Of a stretch of DNA of 64,000 nt, positions 8,990-18,739 are shown in pieces (positions within the stretch are counted from its first letter, which is position 1; the number at the start of each line of letters is the position of its first letter). A program made the position numbers and the translations under genes. A model generated the notes under the pieces. It saw only the letters and a program-made list of their open reading frames with translations, did no database searches and was not told the DNA's origin. This DNA comes from an uncultured Verrucomicrobiae bacterium (GTDB taxonomy: Bacteria; Verrucomicrobiota; Verrucomicrobiia; Chthoniobacterales; JAFAMB01), in contig CAVXLD010000003.1 in NCBI GenBank assembly GCA_963762565.1, positions 544,001 to 608,000 on the forward strand. Reading direction: 5' to 3'.

Positions 8990-9039
8990 TCTTGGAAGGA
9001 GTTAGTTCAAAGGAGTTTAGGAGTTCAGATTGGTTTGAA

Positions 9040-9894
9040 TCAGCCGGGGACGAGATCGGGTCTGCGCCAAGTGAGAAATCCTTTGATCATGAGGGTGAAA
9101 AGGGCGAGCAATGTGAGCAGCGACGCAACGGCGAAAGCGCCAACGTAATCGTAGTCGTTGTACAAGACCTCGACGTGAAGAGGGATGGTATTGGTGAGCC
9201 CCCGGATATGTCCGGACACCACGGAAACCGCCCCGAACTCGCCCATGGCGCGTGCGTTACACAAGATCACGCCATAGAGAATGCCCCAGCGCGCCTTGGG
9301 CAAAGTGATCCGCCAAAAGGTTTGCCACCCGTTGGCGCCTAAGGAGAGCGCGGCTTGTTCTTCGTCGCTACCTTGGGATGTTAGCAGCGGTATCAGCTCA
9401 CGAGCGACAAACGGAAAAGTGACAAAGATGGTAGCGAGCACGATCCCCGGAACAGCAAAAATGATTTTAATGTTCCAGGCGCTAAGCAGGGGTCCGAACC
9501 AGCCGCGAGCGCCGAATAGCAGAACAAACACCAGACCGGATGTGACCGGTGAAATTGAGAACGGCAGATCGATGAGAGAAATGAGAACCGTCTTACCGGG
9601 GAAGTTAAACTTAGCAACGGCCCAAGAGGCGGCGACGCCAAAAATCAGGTTGGCGGGGACTGCAATTGCAGCGACCAGCAGGGTAAGCTGAATGGCAGAC
9701 AACGATGCTGGCTTCGCGAAAGCCGCCAGGTAGCCGGTAATGCCCTTTTGGAAAGCTTCAAAGAACACGGCCAAGAGCGGGACTAGCAGGAATAAGATCG
9801 CGAAAGCGACCGCCGCGACCAGAAGGACTGCTTTCACTATCCAGGGATCGCGGACAGCAGGATGGCTAATGGGAATCGGACTGGTGTTTTCCAT
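9040..9894 (-). CDS. cysW: Sulfate ABC transporter permease CysW
   Basis: DLPFSISPV and NARAMGEFGAVSVVSGHIRG motifs. Confidence 0.95.
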   Translation of the reverse strand: MENTSPIPISHPAVRDPWIVKAVLLVAAVAFAILFLLVPLLAVFFEAFQKGITGYLAAFAKPASLSAIQLTLLVAAIAVPANLIFGVAASWAVAKFNFPGKTVLISLIDLPFSISPVTSGLVFVLLFGARGWFGPLLSAWNIKIIFAVPGIVLATIFVTFPFVARELIPLLTSQGSDEEQAALSLGANGWQTFWRITLPKARWGILYGVILCNARAMGEFGAVSVVSGHIRGLTNTIPLHVEVLYNDYDYVGAFAVASLLTLLALFTLMIKGFLTWRRPDLVPG

Positions 9895-9897
9895 CGT

Positions 9898-10752
9898 TTA
9901 AGCAAACTCGCCCCGGAGTTTTCCCCAGCGCTGCAACCCATTGATGAGGAAAAGTAAGATTAGCGAAACAACGAGCATCATCACCGCGATGACCGTGGCT
10001 TCGGTATAATGGAACTGATCAAGCTCCATCATGATCAGCAGCGGTACGATCTCGGTTTTCATCGGCATATTACCGGAGATGAAAACGACCGACCCGTATT
10101 CCCCAAGCGCCCGGGCAAATGCCACGGTGAAGCCGGTGAGAGCGGCCGGGATCAGCTCAGGAATGACGATCCGAACAATAGTCTGGAGGCGTGATGCTCC
10201 TAAGCTAGCCGCTGCTTCTTCAAACTCGATATTGAGATCCGCCAATACGGGTTGAACCGTTCGGACCACAAAGGGGAAGCCAATAAAAACGAGCGCTAGA
10301 AAAATGCCCATCGGAGTAAAGGTCAATTTCCAACCGGTGAGCATCTGAACGGGGCCACCAATCCAGCCGTTCGCTGAATAAATGGCGGTCAGAGCGATAC
10401 CGGCAACCGCTGTGGGCAATGCGAACGGAAAGTCCACAATGGCATCTAAGAATCGACGGCCGGGAAACCGATAACGGACCAATACCCAGGCCAGGATTGT
10501 ACCCAAGAATATGTTGACCAATGCAGCGTAGAACGAGACCGAAAAGCTGAGTTGAAAAGCGGCCAGAACCCGCGGGTTCAAGATGGTGGCGATGAATCCG
10601 TCAAACCCGATCCCGGACGCCTTGATGAAAAGCGCCGCTAGCGGGATCAGGACAATCAGACTCAGGTAAACAAGCGTAAACCCCAGGCTCAAACCGAACC
10701 CGGGAAGGACTTGGCGCCGCCACCAGAGACTGAAGGGAACAGAATTGGTCAT
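9898..10752 (-). CDS. cysT: Sulfate ABC transporter permease CysT/CysU
   Basis: [20 protein letters not shown] and GEYGSVVFI motifs. Confidence 0.95.
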   Translation of the reverse strand: MTNSVPFSLWWRRQVLPGFGLSLGFTLVYLSLIVLIPLAALFIKASGIGFDGFIATILNPRVLAAFQLSFSVSFYAALVNIFLGTILAWVLVRYRFPGRRFLDAIVDFPFALPTAVAGIALTAIYSANGWIGGPVQMLTGWKLTFTPMGIFLALVFIGFPFVVRTVQPVLADLNIEFEEAAASLGASRLQTIVRIVIPELIPAALTGFTVAFARALGEYGSVVFISGNMPMKTEIVPLLIMMELDQFHYTEATVIAVMMLVVSLILLFLINGLQRWGKLRGEFA

Positions 10753-11756
10753 TTAGGTTGGTAGATCTGATCGAAGATGCCGCCGTCAGCGAAGAACTTG
10801 GGTTGCGCAGACTTCCATCCGCCAAAGAACTTATCGATCGTAAACATCTCGATATTTGGGAATTGTTTGCTGTACTTCGCGTAGATCTGGGGATCGATCG
10901 GCCGATAGAAATTCTTGGCAATGATCTCTTGGCCAACTGGAGTGTAGAGATATTGCAGGTAGGCCGTGGCAGCGTCGCGGGTTCCTTTTTTGTCCACCAC
11001 CTTATCCACTACCGCTACCGGAGGTTCAGCCAGGACACTGACCGACGGATTGACAATCACGAATTTGTCTGCCCCAAATTCTTTGAAGCTAAGATAGGCT
11101 TCGTTCTCCCAAGCAATGAGAACATCTCCCAGCTCCCGTTGCACAAAGGTAGTGGTTGATCCGCGCGCACCGGAATCTAGCACCGGAACATTCTTATAGA
11201 GGGCGGTAACAAACTCTTTGGCTTTGGCTTCGTCATTCTGATTGGCTTTCAGCGCGTAACCCCAGGCCGCGATGAAATTCCATCTGCCTCCGCTAGAGGT
11301 TTTCGGGTTTGGCGTGATGACCTGGATGCCCGGTTTAATCAGGTCCGGCCAATCCTTTATCCCTTTTGGGTTCCCCTTTCTGACCAGGAGCACGATGGTG
11401 GAAGTGTAGGGGCAGCTATTCTGCGGAAATTTCGCCTGCCAGTCAGAGGCGACGAGGTTTCCATTGTCGTGAAGGGCATCGATATCTGCGGCAAGACCCA
11501 AGGTCACGATATCGGCTTCAAGTCCGTCGATCACTGATCGAGCCTGTTTGCCCGAACCTCCGTGAGACTGGTCTATCACAACCTGTTTACCGGTCTTACT
11601 CAGGTAATCCTGGGCGAAGGCCTGGTTAAATTCTTCGTAGAGTTCGCGAGTTGGATCGTAGGAAACGTTGAGGAGATGGATGGCGTCTGCCGACACATGG
11701 GTTACAAGCGTGCCGACAAGAGAGAGAATGGCGAGACATCGGAGGAGCGATCGCAT
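10749..11756 (-). CDS. sbp: Sulfate-binding periplasmic protein
   Basis: [22 protein letters not shown] and PNPKTS motifs; signal peptide from ATG 11756. Confidence 0.95.
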   Translation of the reverse strand: MRSLLRCLAILSLVGTLVTHVSADAIHLLNVSYDPTRELYEEFNQAFAQDYLSKTGKQVVIDQSHGGSGKQARSVIDGLEADIVTLGLAADIDALHDNGNLVASDWQAKFPQNSCPYTSTIVLLVRKGNPKGIKDWPDLIKPGIQVITPNPKTSSGGRWNFIAAWGYALKANQNDEAKAKEFVTALYKNVPVLDSGARGSTTTFVQRELGDVLIAWENEAYLSFKEFGADKFVIVNPSVSVLAEPPVAVVDKVVDKKGTRDAATAYLQYLYTPVGQEIIAKNFYRPIDPQIYAKYSKQFPNIEMFTIDKFFGGWKSAQPKFFADGGIFDQIYQPK

Positions 11757-11864
11757 AAAGAACCCGACCAAATGCATCGGGATTAGAGAAAAGCATACTC
11801 TTTTGATCGGGTAAAGCCGAAATGGTCGGGCCTTTTAGGTTTTAGCGGTCGATGCTGCCGCGCG

Positions 11865-12184
11865 GTGTGTGATCACACAGCACCTGGAGGGGAGCCGCTT
11901 TGTCATGTATCAGGCGACCCTCGCGATTTCGTCTCAGCGCTCCATTCGGAGAAAGGATATTGCAGCGGGCGGCTCCCGAGAATAGCCCAGGGCGAATGTG
12001 TGAACCCCGGGGTTTGGGACCGTTTACGCGCGGCTACAGAGCAGCGAATCGCTGGGTCGTTCGTGGGAGCCGCCTGTTCTCACATGTCTTACCTGGACGA
12101 ATGATGAGGCGAAGTGTGCGAGGGTGACAAGATGTGCGCCAAAGCGGCTCCCCTCCAGGCTCCGGGCGTGTGACTCAACACACG
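11865..12184. repeat. About 320-bp palindromic element with TGGAGGGGAGCCGCTTTG ends (copy 1)
   Basis: Terminal and inner inverted repeats; homologue at 20058-20368. Confidence 0.85.
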
Positions 12185-12611
12185 GCTTTGCCGACGCACC
12201 GGAAGGGACTCAAAAAACAAAAGGATCGAATCGTATTTTTTGCCGGGCTAGGCTTCATTGAGCGCGGATGAACAAACACTGAGTACGCTCCTGGAGAAGC
12301 CGGAGACTGCGCCGGCAATTCAGGCGCAAGTCGTCGCGCTGCGAGGCCGTGCCCCAGCCTAAAGGTTTATTTTCATCTGCGATCACAAATAGGTCCGCGG
12401 CTTCACTAACAGCGGATCGCGAGCACGCGATCCCTCTCGGGTTTGGGTTCGCGCTGTATCGGAGGTGATGGTTTCTGATGTCGGTCCGGGCGAGGTAGCA
12501 AATCAGGGGGCGCGGCTCGGCGGCGTAGAGGCCGAACGCAATCATGGGCGTCAAATGGGCGCGGAGCGTTGCGACCGTTTCGAGGTTACATTGGAGCCTC
12601 GCCCTACCAGG

Positions 12612-13127
12612 CTACGATTCCAGCACCTCGAGCTCGGCGCCTTCTTCGGGGCGAAGCGCTTTGGCGGCAAATGGCAACGGGACTTTATCTCGCCGCATTT
12701 TGCGAAGCGTAACCTCGACGATTTGAGCCAGGGTAAACCGATCCAAAATGTTGGCGATGGCATTGCGAACGTCAGACATGAGCATCCGTAACCCACAATG
12801 CTCTTCGTCCGGACAAGTACAACGCTCGTAGGCCATTTGGCTCACGCAGGCGATCGGCGCGAGCGGTCCGTCGATTAATCGGACCACATGACCGATGACA
12901 ATCTCTTCCGGAGGTTTGGCGAGGAGGTAACCGCCATGTTTGCCACGGCGACTATCCAAATAGCCTGCTCCTTTGAGCTGCATCAGGATTTGCTCCAAAA
13001 ACTTGACGGGCAATTCTTCCTTAGAAGCGAGTTCATTCACTTGGAGAAGCGGCTTACCGAGTGCTTGTGCCAGCCCAAAATCAATCAGCGCCCGGAGGGC
13101 GTACTCGCCCCGCTTAGAAAGTTTCAC
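12612..13127 (-). CDS. Rrf2-family transcriptional regulator (IscR/CymR-like) with Cys cluster
   Basis: MKLSKRGEYALRAL, SRRGKHGGY and C-x8-C-x-C-x5-C. Confidence 0.93.
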   Translation of the reverse strand: MKLSKRGEYALRALIDFGLAQALGKPLLQVNELASKEELPVKFLEQILMQLKGAGYLDSRRGKHGGYLLAKPPEEIVIGHVVRLIDGPLAPIACVSQMAYERCTCPDEEHCGLRMLMSDVRNAIANILDRFTLAQIVEVTLRKMRRDKVPLPFAAKALRPEEGAELEVLES

Positions 13128-13202
13128 GATTGGCTATATTACCTTGCCACAGAGGGAAAAACAACACCTGGCAGGCGAAAGTTGCAGTGGGAGCTCTTTA
13201 TT

Positions 13203-13221
13203 GTTGCAAGTAAGTTGCAAC
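13203..13221. promoter_or_regulatory. Fur-family (Zur-like) operator
   Basis: Palindrome GTTGCAA-GTAAG-TTGCAAC, 16 bp before a metal-binding protein gene. Confidence 0.6.
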
Positions 13222-13237
13222 GGGAGAATGTTTCGCG

Positions 13238-14131
13238 ATGGGCCGTGCCTTCGCCTCTTTTTGCGTCTGTTTTCTCGTCTTTTCAACCCCTAAACTGCAG
13301 GCCGAAATCAAGGTCGCTTCTTTCTCCACTGTTCTCACGGAAATTGCACAGAAAGTGGGCGGGAAGGATGTGACGGTCGCCGGTCTGATCAAACCCGGGC
13401 AGGATCCACACGAGTACCAATTAACGCCCGGAGACCTGAACGCGGCGTCGACAGCCGATCTCGTTCTCTTGAGCGGAAAAGGGATGGAAGCGAGCTATTT
13501 GCAGAATCTGAGTGACGCTTTGCCGAAGCATGTGCAAGTGCTGACGGTTGGTGACAAACTTCCTAGTTTAACCAGGCCGACTGACGAAGAGAAAGAGGCC
13601 CAAAAAGAAACGACGCAAGATCCCCACTGGTGGAATAGCGTCTCGGAAACGGAAAAAGCGACGGTGATTGTGCGGGATGCGTTGATACATCTAGACGGGC
13701 AGCACACTGCCGATTATCTAGCCGGAGCGCAGGCTTATCTGACCGCGCTCAAGGAGCTCGATTCATGGGTCAGACGGAAGGTGGCGGAGCTTCCGCGCAA
13801 TCAGCGTAAATTGGTGACTTCGCACGACGCGTTCCAATACTTTGCGAAAGATTACGGGTTTCAGATCGACTCAATCGAGGGCATGACAACCGATCAGGAA
13901 CCGTCTGTCAGCCATGTGACCGGGTTGATCGCGGAGATCAAGAAGCAGGGGGTAAAAGCGATCTTTTTGGAGAACACGCTTAACCCGAAGGTGAGTGTGG
14001 AGATTACTCGCGAAAGCGGGGCGAAAATTGGCGGTAGCCTTTATGCCGATGGATTGGGGCTGGGGGACGGCGCGACGTACGCCAGCATGTTCCGGCATAA
14101 CGTCAACACGATCGTCGACGCTCTGAAATGA
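13238..14131 (+). CDS. Zn/Mn ABC transporter substrate-binding protein (TroA/ZnuA family)
   Basis: DPHEY, DPHWW and HDAFQY metal-ligand motifs. Confidence 0.95.
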   Translation: MGRAFASFCVCFLVFSTPKLQAEIKVASFSTVLTEIAQKVGGKDVTVAGLIKPGQDPHEYQLTPGDLNAASTADLVLLSGKGMEASYLQNLSDALPKHVQVLTVGDKLPSLTRPTDEEKEAQKETTQDPHWWNSVSETEKATVIVRDALIHLDGQHTADYLAGAQAYLTALKELDSWVRRKVAELPRNQRKLVTSHDAFQYFAKDYGFQIDSIEGMTTDQEPSVSHVTGLIAEIKKQGVKAIFLENTLNPKVSVEITRESGAKIGGSLYADGLGLGDGATYASMFRHNVNTIVDALK

Positions 14132-14547
14132 GGGGATCGCCACTGGCCCAGGCGGTTTTGGTAGTAGCTGTCCTTTTGCTATTGTTGATTCCGCTGCATC
14201 GTCTCACAAAAAGAGAACAAAGGCCTCCCGAGCGTCCGGTCGTTTCATCGCCTGAGAAACAGGTGCATCTGGCCATGAGGACCACCGCGGTGCCATGCCG
14301 ATTTAAAATTACATTTTTGGGGAAGACATTGTGGGCGGAAGAAGCCACGACTCCCGAGCTGGCAAAGGATTTCGATATTGATTTTCCCAAGGAAGGAATT
14401 GACCTGGTGGTGGATGCAGCCTGGCAGACTCAAGCTTTAGCGGCGATCGAGATCACGTTGTCGTTACCGGACGGGACTGCGATACATAAGACGCTATGGG
14501 GCCAAGGAACGGCGAGCGACGTCGTCACGTTCAGAGAAGATGAATAG
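14128..14547 (+). CDS. Hypothetical membrane-anchored protein in metal ABC operon
   Basis: ATGA overlap with the upstream gene; N-terminal TM helix. Confidence 0.7.
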   Translation: MRGSPLAQAVLVVAVLLLLLIPLHRLTKREQRPPERPVVSSPEKQVHLAMRTTAVPCRFKITFLGKTLWAEEATTPELAKDFDIDFPKEGIDLVVDAAWQTQALAAIEITLSLPDGTAIHKTLWGQGTASDVVTFREDE

Positions 14548-14604
14548 CCGCGAAAACTTGTCGCGCCGTAGCTGGCGAAGGCGGAAGGCGCAAAAAGCAA
14601 AAAA

Positions 14605-15345
14605 GTGAAACCTGAGCACGTTTTGGCAATCAAAGATCTGACGGTCAGTTATCGCCGAGTTCCGGCGGTGCATCATGTCGATCTAAGGCTGCATTGCGGA
14701 CGGTGTGTCGGGTTGTTGGGGCCGAACGGAGCCGGTAAGACATCGTTTCTGAAAGCGCTGGCGGGTTTGGTACCCATGGAGACCGGCACCATCGAGTTTG
14801 GCGGCCACAATCACAAGCAAGGGCCAGGAAGTTACACAGCCTACCTGCCGCAAAGATCCGCGGTCGATTGGGATTTCCCTACCACGGTTAGAGGCCTGGT
14901 GGAAATGGGCCGCTACTCAGCTTTAGGCTGGTGGAGGCCGTTTCGAGGAATCGACCGGGAAAAAGTTGATAAGGCCCTTGAAGCAATGGAGCTGGTCGAT
15001 CTGGCCGAAAGACAAATCAGTGCGTTGTCCGGGGGCCAACAACAACGAGCTTTTCTTGCTCGCTCCTTGGCCCAAGATGCGCACGTTTTCTTGCTGGACG
15101 AGCCATTTACCGGGCTGGACCGGCCCTCGCAAGATCTGTTTGGCCAGATCTTGAAAAGGCTGGCTGGGCAAGGGAATCTCTTAATTGTCTCGCATCACGA
15201 TCTAAGGATGGTGCCCACGCTGTTTGACGAGGTTATCTTGTTGAACGGAGAGCTCGTGGCATACGGTCCGACCGAGCAAGCGTTCAGTGAAGACACCATC
15301 GGGCGAACGTTCGGAACGCACACTTTTTCCGGAGCAAGCACCTGA
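14605..15345 (+). CDS. Zn/Mn ABC transporter ATPase
   Basis: GPNGAGKT, YLPQRS.VDWDFP and LSGGQQQR motifs. Confidence 0.95.
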   Translation: MKPEHVLAIKDLTVSYRRVPAVHHVDLRLHCGRCVGLLGPNGAGKTSFLKALAGLVPMETGTIEFGGHNHKQGPGSYTAYLPQRSAVDWDFPTTVRGLVEMGRYSALGWWRPFRGIDREKVDKALEAMELVDLAERQISALSGGQQQRAFLARSLAQDAHVFLLDEPFTGLDRPSQDLFGQILKRLAGQGNLLIVSHHDLRMVPTLFDEVILLNGELVAYGPTEQAFSEDTIGRTFGTHTFSGAST

Positions 15346-16235
15346 TGTCGAACGGCTGGCTGCACCTCTTCTACGCGCAGGATATGTTGCGTCCGCTCTT
15401 TGCGGCGGTTCTGATCGGGTTCACTAACGGCGTTTTAAGTGTTTTCGTCGTTCTGCGCCGGCTTTCGTTGATGGCGGACGCGATATCTCATTCGCTATTA
15501 CCGGGTTTGGCGATCGCCATTCTTCTTTTTGGGCTGGCGCCGGCTACGCTGGTGGCAGGCGCTTTTCTGGCGGCGCTTTTGGTTGCGCTAGGCACCCAGA
15601 TTATCGCCAATAGCACCCGGATAAAAGAAGATACCGCTCTGGGCTTGTTGTTCGCTTGTGCGTTCTCGTTAGGGCAAGCATTGTTAAGGCTAGCTCCGGC
15701 ACAGATCGGGATTACAGAATACCTTTTCGGCAATATCCTGGGACTTAGCGATGGCGACCTGTACTTAACCTATGGGATCACGTTCTTTGTGCTTCCGCTG
15801 TTGGTGCTGCTCCAGCGGCCATTCCTTCTGATGTTGTTCGAGCCGTCAATCGCTTCGACCCAAGGAGTCCCGGTCAGAACCCTGAAATATCTCTTAATGG
15901 TTGTGCTGGTGCTGGCAATGATTTCTTCGTTGCGCGCGGTGGGAATCATCCTTGCCTTGGGAACATTGATCGGGCCGGCCGCAACCGTTTATCTCTTTGT
16001 GGATTCCTTTTCGGTCATGTTCTGGCTAAGCGGTTTGCTTGGCGCCTTCGCATCGCTACTAGGGCTATTGGTCTCTGATTGGACCGATCTACCAGCCGGA
16101 GCATGTATCGTGTTGGTGCTGGGAATCTTATTTCTGGCAAGCTACCTCTTAAGCCCCCGTTACGGGCTGCTCCGCCGTTTGCGTAAGGGGCATTTCCACG
16201 CGCAATCGCTGGCGAGATGGGGAGGTGAGAAGTGA
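15345..16235 (+). CDS. Zn/Mn ABC transporter permease (ABC-3)
   Basis: DAISHSLLPG, EDTALG and LFGNILG motifs. Confidence 0.95.
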   Translation: MSNGWLHLFYAQDMLRPLFAAVLIGFTNGVLSVFVVLRRLSLMADAISHSLLPGLAIAILLFGLAPATLVAGAFLAALLVALGTQIIANSTRIKEDTALGLLFACAFSLGQALLRLAPAQIGITEYLFGNILGLSDGDLYLTYGITFFVLPLLVLLQRPFLLMLFEPSIASTQGVPVRTLKYLLMVVLVLAMISSLRAVGIILALGTLIGPAATVYLFVDSFSVMFWLSGLLGAFASLLGLLVSDWTDLPAGACIVLVLGILFLASYLLSPRYGLLRRLRKGHFHAQSLARWGGEK

Positions 16236-16388
16236 GATGTGAGAGGTGAGAAGTGATTGGTGGCGGAGGGTGATGGCCCGCAAAACGGACATCATTCTCG
16301 TCTGTCACGGATCACACTGTTCCCACTGTGATTCGGCACGGCCGCTGACTACCTCTCACTTCTCACCTCTCACTTCTCACTTCTCACA
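16225..16388. repeat. Inverted GTGAGA(A/G) heptamer arrays overlapping both convergent stop codons
   Basis: gtgagaagtgagatgtgagaggtgagaagtg versus cctctcacttctcacctctcacttctcacttctcac. Confidence 0.85.
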
Positions 16389-17010
16389 CGAGGGTTTCTC
16401 GCGCGGCACGAAACAGGAGGTTAACCGAAGTCGATCCCGGATCCTGGTGGCCGATGCTTCGTTCGCCGAGATAGCTGGCGCGGCCTTTTTTGGCAAGCAA
16501 CGGGACGGTGCTTTCCATTCCTTTTTCGGCGGCGTTAGACGCTGCTAACAGGGCATCCGCAAATGGTTTACCGGATTTCAGTGTGGCTTGATAGGCTTCA
16601 ACCGCCGGCTGGAGAGCGTCTACCATCGTCTTATCGCCGAGGGCAGCTTTACCGCGCTGGAGGATCCCGGCTAGCGCTTTCTCGAGGAGGAGGCCGAATT
16701 CTTCTGCGGAGATTTCAGACTTGCCTCCGGCCGCCATGGAGGCCTGTAGAAAAAAGGTGCCATAGAGCGGCCCGCTGGCTCCGCCGACTGTGGATAAAAG
16801 AGTCATCGCTACGGTCTTGAGGACTGTGGTGATATCTTTACCCTCGAGCTCGGACTTTTTTGCCAACACGGCTTGAAACCCACGATCCATATTGGCTCCG
16901 TGGTCGGCATCTCCGATCGCGGCGTCGAGTTGGGTAAGATAATCTTTGTTTTCGGCTAGAAGCCCCGTAAACCGTTCCAACCAACGAATTACCTGTTCGG
17001 AAGTGACCAT
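16384..17010 (-). CDS. dhaL: Dihydroxyacetone kinase ADP-binding subunit DhaL
   Basis: LDAAIGDADHG.N, GGASGPLYG and GRASYLGERSIGHQDPG motifs. Confidence 0.95.
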   Translation of the reverse strand: MVTSEQVIRWLERFTGLLAENKDYLTQLDAAIGDADHGANMDRGFQAVLAKKSELEGKDITTVLKTVAMTLLSTVGGASGPLYGTFFLQASMAAGGKSEISAEEFGLLLEKALAGILQRGKAALGDKTMVDALQPAVEAYQATLKSGKPFADALLAASNAAEKGMESTVPLLAKKGRASYLGERSIGHQDPGSTSVNLLFRAARETLV

Positions 17011-17053
17011 AGAAGCAGAAATTTGACCACAAACCCGCGAAGACACAAAGCCG

Positions 17054-17233
17054 AATCTAAACCGCGAATGGATGCGAAAACGGAAAGCGAACCGCAGCCC
17101 CGAAAGTCTCCGGGGTGAAATTAACGCAGATGTACGCAGATTAGAGTCAGTGGCGTGGACGAAACCCAGGCCAAAATCTGCGTAAATCTGCGTCCATCTG
17201 CGGTTAGATTTTTATTCTCGTCTATTCGTGGTT
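17054..17233 (+). repeat. CGCAGAT nonamer-family palindrome, copy A
   Basis: Near reverse complement of 17649-17840, including the loop. Confidence 0.85.
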
Positions 17234-17340
17234 AGCCTTCATCTCTTTGTGCCTTTGCGGCGAACATTGATTGTGGGCAGGGATCGGGAAAATGGGTTGC
17301 TTTCGGATTTGGGGAGGGGTTTTATCGCAAGGGAGACGCT

Positions 17341-17619
17341 ATGATTTTCTTCGAGATCCTAGGCGCGATAGTGATTGGCTTTCTAGTCGGGGCATTAGCG
17401 AAACTGATTGTTCCGGGTCGGGAGCGTGGGGGCTGTTTGACCACTATATTAATCGGAATCGCTGGTTCGTTTGTCGCCTTTTTTATCGGCACGTATTTCT
17501 TTGAACACAAATTTACGAGCAGTAACCCACTTCAACCGGCAGGATTCATCTCCTCACTGCTCGGGGCGATTCTGATTCTCGCCATTTATCATTGGATCCG
17601 CCGGCGCCGACAGAAGTAG
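17341..17619 (+). CDS. GlsB/YeaQ/YmgE family stress-response membrane protein
   Basis: IGFLVGALAKLIVPG...G...TILIGIAGS...GAILIL; SD-like GGGAG upstream. Confidence 0.9.
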   Translation: MIFFEILGAIVIGFLVGALAKLIVPGRERGGCLTTILIGIAGSFVAFFIGTYFFEHKFTSSNPLQPAGFISSLLGAILILAIYHWIRRRRQK

Positions 17620-17648
17620 CCAAAATTTCACGCGAGAAACCCTAAGAC

Positions 17649-17840
17649 TAACCGCGAATGGACACGAATGAACGCCAATAAAAGCGAAACCGCAGCCCCG
17701 AAATTCTCCGGGGTGAAATGGACGCAGATTTACGCAGATTTTGGATTCGGCTTCGACTACGCCATTGACTCTAATCTGCGTACATCTGCGTTAATCTGCG
17801 GTTCGGTTTTCCGTTTTCGCGTCCATTCGCGGTTTAGATT
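17649..17840 (-). repeat. CGCAGAT nonamer-family palindrome, copy B
   Basis: Inverted copy of A. Confidence 0.85.
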
Positions 17841-17845
17841 TTGTC

Positions 17846-18460
17846 TTATCGGTAAACCGTTACCGGGGTCCCGAGTGCGACATTGGCGAAGAAAATCTGG
17901 GCCATTTTGCCGGGCATGCGGATGCAACCGTGGGACGCTGGATAACCGGGCAGATAGCCTTCGTGCATGCCGACTCCGCCCGTGATCCGCATGAAATAAG
18001 GCATCGGAGCGCCTTTGAAGATAGCTCCGGGAGGTTTTGGGTCTTTACCCAGTTCGACATCTTTCTGAATCATGTTGCCCTGGGCATCGACGTAGTCACC
18101 GTAAAGACTGGAGGCGTGATTCACGTCCTTTTGGATGATCTTATAACTTCCAGGCGGGGTATCATGACCCTCCCGGCCAGTCGAGAGCTGGGACACGCCG
18201 ACAAGTTGGCCGCCTTTATAAAAATAGGCGCGTTCTTCACTGAGATGGATCTCTACCGACGGTGCGCCAGCTACTCCATCACCGTCCCAATAAGAAATCG
18301 GATCGTATCCGGATGTTCCTTGAGAAGCGGCAGAACCACTTGTTGCCGCTAAATAAGGAGTATTCGGGTTGTTCAGGCGAGAGGTTTCACCATTTTCACA
18401 CCCCGCTACAAAAGCTACCAAAACGGCGACAGCCGCGAAAACTCTTAGACTCATAAACAA
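17846..18460 (-). CDS. L,D-transpeptidase (YkuD family) lipoprotein
   Basis: Lipobox VAGC; STG...TP.G and GMHEG...ASHGCIRM catalytic motif. Confidence 0.92.
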   Translation of the reverse strand: MFMSLRVFAAVAVLVAFVAGCENGETSRLNNPNTPYLAATSGSAASQGTSGYDPISYWDGDGVAGAPSVEIHLSEERAYFYKGGQLVGVSQLSTGREGHDTPPGSYKIIQKDVNHASSLYGDYVDAQGNMIQKDVELGKDPKPPGAIFKGAPMPYFMRITGGVGMHEGYLPGYPASHGCIRMPGKMAQIFFANVALGTPVTVYR

Positions 18461-18529
18461 CGACGAAAGTTCAATAATGGTCTTAGACTAAAAGGTCAAG
18501 TATGCGGAGGAGCCAGGGGAGAGAATCTA

Positions 18530-18673
18530 GGTGATTAGTGATTGGTGATTGGTTACTGGGACGTGGACGGTCGCAAAATGGGCAACAGCGAAACCCTATA
18601 CTTCACATAAGTCCCATTGGCCGTGTGGCTCCACCACCAATCACCGATCACCAATCACTAATCACTAATCACC
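18530..18673. repeat. Inverted GTGATT(A/G) heptamer arrays
   Basis: ggtgattagtgattggtgattgg versus ccaatcactaatcactaatcacc. Confidence 0.85.
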
Positions 18674-18739
18674 CTCCCCGGCTCGTACCCGTCATTGCCT
18701 CAGCCTGCGCCATCTGCTATATGAAGTCTCGTTAGAGCT

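Noticed and set aside
12255..12554. 99-aa ORF downstream of rrf2
   Set aside because: No recognisable motif or clear start signal; cannot be supported or excluded without a search.
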